DNA of 64,000 bases, from NCBI GenBank assembly GCA_026023565.1, contig JAPETS010000027.1:1-64000 (forward strand), given 5' to 3'. Positions 52,760 to 64,000 of this stretch are shown here, one piece after another (within the stretch, counting starts at the first letter, position 1; the number at the start of each line of letters is the position of its first letter). The DNA is from Cirrosporium novae-zelandiae (Eukaryota). The notes under the pieces were generated by a model, which made no database searches, had not been told where the DNA came from, and saw only the letters and a program-made list of their open reading frames with translations. Position numbers and translations under genes: made by a program.

Positions 52760-55700
52760 TCACGTTCTAACTTCGCCTCTACCCCTTCCATTACCTCCCC
52801 TTCCACCTCTGTAAGCCCCGCCTCTACCTCCTCTGAAACCTCTCCCTCTACCGCCTCCCCTTCCCGAATCTAAACTTGCCGGCGGGGCTACACTGTTGTA
52901 ACTTTGGGGCCGGAAATTGGCATTATGCTTTATGACGCCTGATTCTGGGTCCCCTGCATCAAGGGGCGTGTAACCTCCTCTGGTTCTGGGCTGGAAATGT
53001 GGCTGGCTTGGATTTGGATGGTGATATGCCGCACCGCCTCGAGGAGTTCCGTTCCCATTCATATGAGCGAAATTAGCGCCTCCTCGGCTGTTACCTCGGA
53101 AGACATTGGGGTCTGAGTACGAGTGCCGGATAGGGAGGTTGCGGGTATTGTCGTTGTTGAAACCGAGACCTCCGCCACGGCCACGCCCTCGGAAGCTATT
53201 TCCGTTTGGTTGGTTACCTGCAAGGGCACCACGGAAGGAACCTCGTAGGGGTGGCGGGGTTTGAGATGGATGGAGTTGACCTTGTCCATTCGGACCTAGG
53301 GGAGCACCGTAACCAGCTACAGTGAGGGGCTGGGAGACGTTTTGAGGGCGACGATCAGCCGCTGCTCTCGACTCAGCAGTGAATTGCTTGTCCGTGAGAT
53401 TGAGAACCGACGAGACAGGAACAGTAGATCCACGGAAAGGACTACATCTTCCATCAAGAGAAGTACCAGACATAAAGGTTACATCGAAGAGGACATCAAG
53501 GAGCGTACTACGCGCCGTTCTTGTCATACCAACAACGGTACCACGACTGGCTATTGGGACGCGCCCACAGTCTTGAACATACACAATGCGGTCGCCTAGC
53601 GAGAATCGTTGGCTTACAAGATAATGTTCAGCGTCAGAGGGATTGAGTAGTGCTCTGCGTGGTATTTTATCAACCTTCTTGCCTTCTGTGGGGGCACTAT
53701 TGTTGACAACTTCATCGGCGGCTGCCTCTATTTGCTTGACAATGTCAGAGTCTAGCTGCTCGGCTTCGAGAGGGACGCGTTCGAAATCCTTGGCTTCAAT
53801 TGACTTGAGCCAGGCTTGGATTTCTTTGATCTTTGTCTTGGTATCGTCTGGATATATGTCGGCTGCATGGAACATGTCCCCAGTAGGGTTGCGCTGGATA
53901 GCAGCGATAAACTCTGGGAATTTGATCATGTATTCTTGCAAAAGCTTGATGGCCTTTCCACTGAATTCCCAACCATTGGCACCTCGGCGAGAAAAGCCTA
54001 GCACCTTTAACTTTTTCTTTTCAAATTTCAGGTTCAACCCAAGATTCAACCTTTGATCATCCAACATAACAGAAAATGACGATGTAATCTTGCTGAGAAC
54101 AAGCCCGTTCAAGCTAAGCATCCTAGCAACCGCGAACGAAGGAGTATATGGAGTCGTCCTCTCGGCGCCCCTAGCAATCTCCCGACCGAATTCTCGTTCT
54201 TTACCTCTGACAACAGAAACCCATGCTTCAGCTTTTTTGTCCTTATGTCCCAGTATCTCAGCTGGGCGACCATAGGCAAACTCGCCTAAAAAGAAAGCTC
54301 TGCTTCCTGAAGGAAACTCTACTTCAATAGGTAGAGCAGGCTTCTCTATAAACCGTTGATCCTCACTCACGACTTCATCGACAACTGTCTGAGATGCATA
54401 GTCGGTATCGATTCCAGGGATTTGGGCATATTCTTTGATAGTTGCGCCATCATCTTGCTTTTGTAATCCCTTGAGCATATCAACGTGGGTTAATGACTCT
54501 ACAGGGCCGATAATCACCCCGAGGCGCTTGCTATACGTCCCTTCTATCCTATCGGCCTTTCTCTTGAATTCTTCAATATCCTTGGGGTTATGTGGTATTG
54601 AAACTACCTGTTCACTACCATCATTGGCAACCATGTAGTCAAATAGCTCATCTGAAACCCTCACAACCTTGGCTTCTTGCAGAAATGGATATCCGATGTA
54701 GACTCGTTTACCGAGTTTGGCTTTGGCAGCTTCAACCATTGTTCGCTGCTCGGATTCTGAAAGAGTGATTACCATACTTTCATTGCGACTTTCCATTTGG
54801 AATACATTGACACCATGAAAACCAAGAGTTCCGGTATGCGCTAAAGTTTTGAGACTAGGGAATCCAGCAAGCGCCTCAATGCCCAACTTCACTCCATCCA
54901 TGAGACCTACATGCGGTTCAAGACCTTCCATGGTAGGTAAGTCGAAGATATTCTCGATACAGTGGCAATGTTCGATATCTGGGAAGATACCCGCAAGTGA
55001 TGATAGATATGCATAATTCACGTCCGGCGAATAAGAAAACTTCAGTGTCACTCCAAATCCATTTCTCTCGACTTCATCTTCCGACAATAGATGATTCTTC
55101 GTCTGCATAGCCGCTAGCAACCGCTTCTCATCAATAAATGGGATTTTGACAACGGCCTCCCACTCCATTTTCTTGCCATTCATATCTAGCTCGAATTCTC
55201 GAGGATAGAAATCAATGATAGGAGAGTCCGGATTGGTCATAAGATCATGATATGGCGTAGGAACAATCCGCTTGCTTCGGTCGGGTAGGACACCCATGAG
55301 CTGTTGATATGGTCGGAAAGGTTGTCCAAGTTTGAAATTCAAGTCGGCTTTTAATCCCTTCCTGACATCTGAAATCATAGGCGAATAGTGAAATCCATAA
55401 TACCATGGCCATGAAGCGACACCTCTGTAGTAATAGAACAACACCCACTGTAAACCTTGGACGTAGTTTTCTGTCAACTTCCTCATCTCTTCTTCATTGT
55501 CGATCCCCCAGTCGAATTTAGATGTGTAATAGTCGTCCTTCCATTTCTGGAACTTTTCTTCGTATTTCTTGTTCATTTCTTGCTGCGCTTGCTCAACTGT
55601 AACATCAACAACTTTTGCATTGTCGTATCGCTTCAACACACGTCGTAGTGCTATTTGCGATTCCTCATTATTCACATCATCCTCACTGTCATCTTCATTG

Positions 55701-57085
55701 TTGCCGTTCAATTTCCCAGGCATTGTCAATTGGATATGCCTTTCACCCTCATCATCTTCGACAGTCTTCCACCGTAGATGCAGACTGTCCGCCAACTCCT
55801 CAACAAACTTTCGATCTCTGGCAGGGAGTGTAGGAGAGAGATCCAATACACCAGATTCCGTAGTGTCGCCTGGTGAGGAATGAGAGACGAATTCTTTCAC
55901 TGACTGGAAAAGGGCTTTCTGGGCCAAGGAGATTGTAAGAGGACCCCTTTGCTTCACGGGTTCCATTATGTCAACCTTTCCAACCTGCTTGCCTTTAAAC
56001 CATGCCGCATCAGCGTTTTCGTGTTCAAAAAAGCGATACTCGACGCCAGAAAGACCGTCAAGAAGAAGCGCCAACCGCTCTAGATTTATTGTTCCCTTTT
56101 CATTGATATATCCTCCTGCTTTTGGTAGAACCTCCTTGTATATCTTGAACATCAAGGCCAATGCGCCTTCATTGATATGCAAATTAGGGAGATTTGGTAA
56201 GAAATCATTTCCAACAAAGAATGCCATAAGAATGAAGTCGTCAATTACTCGTTCCATGTCAAAGGGAAAGTCTAAAACTCCTGGGGCCGTTAACTCTTGA
56301 AATTCCATTTCAAGATATTCGCGAACAATGCACAGATGCATCAGGTAGAAATTCTGATGTTCTAGTTCCTTTGATTTTTTGTGATTATTTCTCCCGAAAG
56401 TGACTTCTTCACGGAGTAGACAAAAGTGTGGATCGTGACTCAAGAGACCAAGCATGATCAAATCGGCATCGAGGCCGTAAAGGCAATGTCTGACATTTGG
56501 ATTATAATTCGGTTGGGCTTTCGCCTGTCGAATATACTCCATAATCTTATGTTCCCCTTCTCCGGGCACTTCATGGCCGGACAGGACGATCTCGACACCT
56601 TGCCAATCTGAATCTTCCGAAACTTTCTTGTTGATAAAGTATTTCAGTTGCTTCGTCAGCTTTGCCATAAACTCCGTTCCAGGAGTTATGCAATTGCTAT
56701 CAAAAGCATCTTCCTTGGGCATTTCAACCCCTTCTCTGATTGCCTTTTCCCTTGCCATCTCCGCGTCCAGCGCTGTACGGAATCTCCTAGCTCTCTGTTG
56801 GTTCATCTTTGCGCGAGGTGCTACACCATCTATGGCCATAAAGAATAGTTGCTTTGGCTTTATCTTTCCAAAAAGATGTTCAATATAGTTGAAGATATCA
56901 ATAAACATCTTATCCTCTGTCATACGAAAGGTCGGCGAGTCTGAGTCTTTGTGGGTACAGTTATGTATGATTCCGTTCATGTCGAGATAGAGGCAGTCGA
57001 ACTCTGGTATACGATTCTCAGCAATAAGCTGTGATATCGTTGGATAGCGTTCGCTCATCCATCTAAAGAATTTCGGGACACCCAT
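52760..57085 (-). CDS. XRN1: 5'-3' exoribonuclease 1
   Basis: MGVPKFFRWMSERYP, LYLDMNGIIH, DGVAPRAKMNQQRARRF, PGEGEHKI, YGLDADLIML and an RGG tail; no introns seen. Confidence 0.98.
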   Translation of the reverse strand: MGVPKFFRWMSERYPTISQLIAENRIPEFDCLYLDMNGIIHNCTHKDSDSPTFRMTEDKMFIDIFNYIEHLFGKIKPKQLFFMAIDGVAPRAKMNQQRARRFRTALDAEMAREKAIREGVEMPKEDAFDSNCITPGTEFMAKLTKQLKYFINKKVSEDSDWQGVEIVLSGHEVPGEGEHKIMEYIRQAKAQPNYNPNVRHCLYGLDADLIMLGLLSHDPHFCLLREEVTFGRNNHKKSKELEHQNFYLMHLCIVREYLEMEFQELTAPGVLDFPFDMERVIDDFILMAFFVGNDFLPNLPNLHINEGALALMFKIYKEVLPKAGGYINEKGTINLERLALLLDGLSGVEYRFFEHENADAAWFKGKQVGKVDIMEPVKQRGPLTISLAQKALFQSVKEFVSHSSPGDTTESGVLDLSPTLPARDRKFVEELADSLHLRWKTVEDDEGERHIQLTMPGKLNGNNEDDSEDDVNNEESQIALRRVLKRYDNAKVVDVTVEQAQQEMNKKYEEKFQKWKDDYYTSKFDWGIDNEEEMRKLTENYVQGLQWVLFYYYRGVASWPWYYGFHYSPMISDVRKGLKADLNFKLGQPFRPYQQLMGVLPDRSKRIVPTPYHDLMTNPDSPIIDFYPREFELDMNGKKMEWEAVVKIPFIDEKRLLAAMQTKNHLLSEDEVERNGFGVTLKFSYSPDVNYAYLSSLAGIFPDIEHCHCIENIFDLPTMEGLEPHVGLMDGVKLGIEALAGFPSLKTLAHTGTLGFHGVNVFQMESRNESMVITLSESEQRTMVEAAKAKLGKRVYIGYPFLQEAKVVRVSDELFDYMVANDGSEQVVSIPHNPKDIEEFKRKADRIEGTYSKRLGVIIGPVESLTHVDMLKGLQKQDDGATIKEYAQIPGIDTDYASQTVVDEVVSEDQRFIEKPALPIEVEFPSGSRAFFLGEFAYGRPAEILGHKDKKAEAWVSVVRGKEREFGREIARGAERTTPYTPSFAVARMLSLNGLVLSKITSSFSVMLDDQRLNLGLNLKFEKKKLKVLGFSRRGANGWEFSGKAIKLLQEYMIKFPEFIAAIQRNPTGDMFHAADIYPDDTKTKIKEIQAWLKSIEAKDFERVPLEAEQLDSDIVKQIEAAADEVVNNSAPTEGKKVDKIPRRALLNPSDAEHYLVSQRFSLGDRIVYVQDCGRVPIASRGTVVGMTRTARSTLLDVLFDVTFMSGTSLDGRCSPFRGSTVPVSSVLNLTDKQFTAESRAAADRRPQNVSQPLTVAGYGAPLGPNGQGQLHPSQTPPPLRGSFRGALAGNQPNGNSFRGRGRGGGLGFNNDNTRNLPIRHSYSDPNVFRGNSRGGANFAHMNGNGTPRGGAAYHHPNPSQPHFQPRTRGGYTPLDAGDPESGVIKHNANFRPQSYNSVAPPASLDSGRGGGRGRGFRGGRGGAYRGGRGGNGRGRGEVRT

Positions 57086-57665
57086 GATGACTGATGTGAT
57101 GTTCGAAACGAACGACGCAAGTGTTTGGTATTTATGTGCTCTTCCGAAAGGCCAGTAAGATATGATGACAACAAGGCAAAGGAAAGATAGCCAACTCCTT
57201 TGGAACAAAAATGAGTATCAACCTAACTAAAAGAGAGGAAAATATATTAACAGCTCTCGTAGATGAGTTGAGAACTGATCGTAGGCGTAAAACAAACGTG
57301 AAAATATTTGGCCTTGGAGGCTTCGAGGTTTCCAAGTGGCGGTCATGGACCGGATTGGAGACAACTGCGAGCGTTGGACGTTGGTGGCCGCGATACCCAA
57401 ATAAGCCAAGCTCCAAGCTCCTATGTAAGCCTGAGGCCATCAAAGAGCTCCCCGCAAGTCGCAAACGCGAGACAATCAACTTTAACCACTTTGCGCGTAC
57501 TACACACGTCCGACTTTTAAAAAAGTCTCGAGAATTAACTAATTTACAATCTTCTTCAACTTCCTACCCTTTTACATCTAATCATTTCATCGTCAACCTC
57601 TCACCTATCATCCGTCTAAAGCTCACCAACTCTCTCCATTCCTCTCTTCAGAATCTTCTAGCATC

Positions 57666-59233
<1,568 letters not shown>

Positions 59234-59745
59234 GATTACCGAAAATGGGGTTATACAGTTTAAGCTGCCAAAGCGTGATAATAGGTGGTTTGTTTTAGTT
59301 GCGAAAATAGGGAGGTTAAGACCTCGATGGCTACATTATTTCAGAGTTGTTGTATTGGATCATGTCTGCGAGTTTTATTGGATGGGGGTATACAGTATGA
59401 GTACCTAGGTAGCTAAGGTCTAGGGCTGAGGTAGGGATCCACCGGTCCTAAAATTGATGACCGGAATGATCGGGCGTGCCGGAGTCGGAGCATTGGCGTC
59501 ATCTCGGAACTAACCGAGAAATTTAGAGTAAACATTTGACTCAATTGCAAAGTTCGAACAATGCTTATGGCCGTACTAGACACTAACAGTCTTCCCATCT
59601 CCTGGTCCCTCCCTTCATTTATACTCAAGATAGACATTAATATCACCCTATCTTTTGTTTTAGTACTGCCGTCATAGTAAGACTTCTTTCCTAGGTGAAA
59701 GAAATTTTCCAATTCATCTGAACCTACAATATTCCCCCGAAAACC

Positions 59746-61159
59746 ATGGACTCCCCACTAAGTCCTAAACCTCGATCTGCGGTACCATCTTATCTTGCCA
59801 ATGGCACCTCTCACTTACATGCTTCGACTACTACTCGGAATGATATAGAAACAGAAAACTTGAAGACATCAATTGGCTCCTCCTACGAGCGCCCCCCCGC
59901 CTATCACTTCGATGAAGAGGGGAAGCCAACATTGGCTAGGACAGTAGATGGTGTAAAATCTACTCGAAAGCAAGCAACGAACCATGCACTCCAGAATGGA
60001 TCGCGAACAACTTTGACAGAAGATGCAAGAGATCTCAGTGACCATCCTCACACACCGCCACTCACTGCAAGTCGCCCAGCCAGTCCATACACACTTAATC
60101 CTCCCATAGACTTTGATGGACTAAGTTGGCCCTGCATTGGAACCAGAGCGCGGAAAGAATCTACCCCAGAGGAGACTGAGCAAAGAATTTTAAAAATATC
60201 CAATGCTGTCCGGGATATATTCGAAGCTCTCGGAGAGGATCCTAACCGCGAAGGATTGCGTGGAACTCCGGAAAGGTATGCCAAGGCCATGATGTTCTTC
60301 ACCAAGGGTTATGAGGAGAATGTTCGAGATCTGGTCAACAACGCAGTTTTTCATGAAGATCATGACGAGCTGGTGATGGTGAAGGATATAGAAGTGAGTA
60401 TTCATTGCCTATAGGAGTATCGCATGACTCCTAGATAATAGTGTAGATAAATTCTAACAACTTCATTTCAGGTCTTCTCTTTATGTGAGCACCATATGGT
60501 ATGCTTTCGACATCATTCGCTATACTATTAATTTTAGCAAATCTACTAACTAATTTATAGGTTCCTTTCATTGGCAAGATGGTATGTCCTATACACCGTT
60601 CGTTATGGCAAAATAACTGAATAAATGATGAGCATATTGGATATATCCCCGATCGCCGAGGTAAGAATGACACACTCTTTACAAACAGACCTTACTTACC
60701 TCCATCTAGTTATAGGACTGTCGAAGTTGGCCAGGCTGGCTGAGATGTTCGGCCGTCGTTTGCAAATACAGGAACGACTTACAAAACAGGTACGGGAAAC
60801 GCTGACTACCACCAACAATACGCTTCCAAGATATCCTGCTGACTATCATTGTCTTTCTCATAGGTAGCTTTAGCCATCGCAGAAGTATTGAAGCCTCGTG
60901 GGGTCGCTGTAGTTATGGAATCATCACACCTTTGGTAGGCACCTTCGTCACTGATCTGAGTAATCAAACTAATATATTTCTAGCATGGTGATGAGGGGAG
61001 TCCAAAAGACCGGATCATCGACAACAACTAGTATGCAGAATGACATCCAACTCTACTATTGGAAAGTCGCTAATGCTGGAGTTAGGCTGTATGTTGGGGT
61101 GCATGCGCTCAAGCGCAAAAACTCGTCAAGAATTTTTAAATCTTCTACCGAGGCACTAA
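59746..61159 (+). CDS. FOL2: GTP cyclohydrolase I
   Basis: [53 protein letters not shown] and [11 protein letters not shown]; seven introns. Confidence 0.96.
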
Positions 61160-62466
61160 CATATAAAATCGGGGAAACTGTGCATATACATTCGCATTCA
61201 ACCTGGATGTATGCATGTAATATTATGAAATAAAATGGTTTAGAACTTGGAGTTTTTATGGTAAAGGGGCGGCGGGATTCTATTCAAAAGATACCCATGA
61301 AAATGTGTGATGAATGGGAAAGCATTTCAACAGCTTTTGATTTGAAATAGATGGAATATCGATTGGCTGGACTAGAGAGAGAGATCGGAAGTATCGAAAT
61401 ACGGAGCTCGGGGGGGGGGGTGGGGTGGGGGTCAATGAAAGGACTCAGATTATGGCTCCCCTCAATTTGAGTCAGTCCTGATGTTTAATTCGAATCCAAG
61501 TTTCGACAGCAGTATCCCAACGGCATACCTTAGAAGAACGGGGTAGGATTGATGCAAACCCTTCATGGTAGAGTAGGTATTCAAATCTAGTCTTTTCTAA
61601 ACGTGGTTCATTGGCTTCTAAAGTTTATTTTTCATTTTGTTTCTGCGTTGACAAAATTATTCAAAGGAAGTAGGAGGGTGAGAAGACATGGATTTGTTCT
61701 AAAGCGTTTGGGGGTAAAGGGGTAGGCATGATTCATTGGTGTGATATTGGAAAAATTGAATGGGATAGTGAGGGAAAACCTGAGGGGAAACCCGAGAGAG
61801 GTCTTACATTGATGTTGAATCATCCTGGTGCTCGGTCCTAAATGTCTATGGTGCTCGGGCGTCAATATATTGATCTCAACTGCAGGCGTGTTGGTTTGCC
61901 ACAAAATTTACCGTTGACCCCAACTCAGGTAAGCCTTAAATGCTCTTACCTCTCTCTTCCATAACCCCTTCACCATCCTTTTAAAATATCCAACCTTTGA
62001 AAAATCTAGTCTCGTTGTCAACAGGATTGACACTCGCCTCATCTTTGCTCCTTTACTTCTTCACTCACTACGACTATCTCAAGAATATCCTCCTCATAGA
62101 GGCCTTCAGAGTTACAGTGAATACCTTCACCTAAGACAAGATTAATCCTGAATAATCTAACGCGTCCATCAGTCTTGTCAGTTCTCTACCTTATCACAAT
62201 CATCAACTTCATCTCCATCTCTCCTCTCCTCGCTCTTGTCCTTGTACTATACCCTCAACCTTACGAAACCTCATCCTTTCTTACACTCTACTTTCAGACG
62301 GTCTCGCGGCTGGGATACTCCGAGTGACAGTAAAATTTTAACTGACCTCGCCATCGACTGGTGACAGTCTTGCTCGTTAATGAAAAAGGTTCGTCTCACC
62401 TGCTCTGCTAAAGTTTTTACCTCTAACCTCACCTTAGAACCTTTGATTTACCATCAATTATTAGCA

Positions 62467-64000
62467 ATGGATTTGAGCAAGATTCTCAATCCGTTAAGTG
62501 AAAAGACTCCTAAGAAGAATTTGATGAGCAGAGCTCCTTCTCCTCTTAGACGTCCAGAGACCATGCCCATTGTTTACCCCAACACAGCTAGTTGCTCTTC
62601 TGTGTTGCATCCGGATGATGTTCAACGGCATTCACCATTTACGAAACTAGGTCAGAAGCTTCCGAGCTTCATGGCTAGCGGTCGCCGACAACATGTACCT
62701 CCTTCACTCCATCTATCACACTCGAATGGTAGCTCAACCATTTACTCTGCCAACTCTTCGCCAATTCAGATGCCGGAATTCCCCCTTCCGCCTACCCAAA
62801 CTCCCATACTTGCATACGGTGCAATATCTTCTCTCTCGAGTGCTAGAGCTAAAGCCAAAGCGAATGGGTATCTGCCCCCAACTCACTTTTCCCACTCGAA
62901 CTTGGGCTCGGTTGGAGAAAGCTCTATGTCTCACAATACTTTGCCCACTTATAACGGACTGCTAAACAGCCATACCCCTCATTATTCTACCACAGCCCAG
63001 GAAACCCCTGACGCCAATCAGACCAGCGCTTGTAATGGCCTGTGGTTAGGCAGGGATGCTGGTACTGGCAGTGCGGACGAAAGTGACGAAGAAACCACTC
63101 CTCGTCCCAAGGGCGTAACACTGGACTTGGAACTTGGCTCGGCAAAGCTAGCTGAGGATCAAAATGATGTGTTCAGCAACTGGCCATTTACATCAACTTC
63201 TATAGCACGAAACTCTCTCGATAGAAGAATGATATCATATCCAGAGTCTCCCATGAGCATGGGCGGCATCCCAGTATCCGCACTAGTTGCTTCACCCGTT
63301 CCAACTTACGGATCATTCATCCCAGTGGAGCCTCCTCACGGGTATCGCACCCCACCACCTCCCCTAGCTGAAGTGAAATTCAACCAGTTCTCCATCCTCG
63401 ATGCCCTCTGCGACTATCCGGAGCTCCTATTCGAAATGGTGAAGTACCTCAACGTGGACGAACTCGTGAATATATACGCCATCCACAAGCAAGCCCACTT
63501 TACTATAAATTACCGGTTCACGCACGTTGTGAAGCTAATTACCAACATGCATGCTCCAGAGTCCGCAGAAATATTCCAGTTTAACCTCTTCCGAGACCTC
63601 TGCATGACCGATCCAGCCGGGCGTCCTCACCCGCGCATACTAGGCGATATAAGAAACGTGCCTACGTTTCGCTGGCTGCGCTGTATCCTCTTCCGCGAAC
63701 AGGTCGTCAGTGATATAATCGACCTCCTCGCCGCGAAGGGACTCCGCCTCCCACGCCCCGCAACAAAGGTCTTCAAGATGATATGGCTGCTGATGGACAT
63801 GCCCACGAACGAGTTACGCAAGGGGTATCTACACTCAAAATCCTGGACCGAACGAGATATCTGGTGCGCATTGCTCATTATCATGAAAGTCGAGATGGCC
63901 TTTACGGATCCTGAAGATGGGCAGGGTGAACCCTGGGCATATCGGATGATGTGGGCACAGAAGTCTCTGAGTACGCTTCGCGATGTCTTTGCTGGAAACG
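62467..64000 (+). CDS. Hypothetical protein with a disordered N-terminus and an F-box-like segment; 3' end runs off the window
   Basis: Open frame from ATG 62467 (MDLSKILNP) to the window end, absent from the ORF track because it has no stop. FSILDALCDYPELLFEMVKYLNVDELVNIYAIHK is F-box-like. Confidence 0.8.
   Translation, partial: MDLSKILNPLSEKTPKKNLMSRAPSPLRRPETMPIVYPNTASCSSVLHPDDVQRHSPFTKLGQKLPSFMASGRRQHVPPSLHLSHSNGSSTIYSANSSPIQMPEFPLPPTQTPILAYGAISSLSSARAKAKANGYLPPTHFSHSNLGSVGESSMSHNTLPTYNGLLNSHTPHYSTTAQETPDANQTSACNGLWLGRDAGTGSADESDEETTPRPKGVTLDLELGSAKLAEDQNDVFSNWPFTSTSIARNSLDRRMISYPESPMSMGGIPVSALVASPVPTYGSFIPVEPPHGYRTPPPPLAEVKFNQFSILDALCDYPELLFEMVKYLNVDELVNIYAIHKQAHFTINYRFTHVVKLITNMHAPESAEIFQFNLFRDLCMTDPAGRPHPRILGDIRNVPTFRWLRCILFREQVVSDIIDLLAAKGLRLPRPATKVFKMIWLLMDMPTNELRKGYLHSKSWTERDIWCALLIIMKVEMAFTDPEDGQGEPWAYRMMWAQKSLSTLRDVFAGN

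Noticed and set aside
53059..56888. Many short ORFs overlapping XRN1 (and likewise other genes)
   Set aside because: They are shadow ORFs of real coding sequence.
57086..57208. N-terminal hydrophobic extension of XRN1 in the ORF track
   Set aside because: It begins at a TTG, and the conserved MGVPKFF start is at 57085.

Overview
This is eukaryotic DNA from a filamentous ascomycete (Pezizomycotina), judged by short GT-AG introns with CTRAY branch sites, a dispersed 5S rRNA gene and typical orthologues. Conserved genes include a large RasGAP-like/VPS9-like/Sel1-like protein, NUS1, SEC10, PMP3, SPC3, PWP2, septin CDC12/AspC, WDR83/MORG1, a CASTOR-like ACT protein, PRP45, a DUF1275 protein, a BTB-like protein, XRN1, HAT2/RbAp48, FOL2 and a partial F-box-like gene. 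Two variable segments interrupt them. At about 12.8-16.2 kb there is a membrane-protein pseudogene with RIP-type lesions and an orphan. At about 19.6-33.5 kb there is a truncated DnaJ gene and a decayed kinase gene joined across a 208-bp MITE, the 5S gene, a SLOG-like ORF, an orphan, a secreted phytase-like protein, a pogo-like MITE, a damaged SesB/NB-ARC/TPR NLR and a 54-bp mini-copy of the first MITE. All calls are by-eye motif recognition and manual splicing; no database searches were run.
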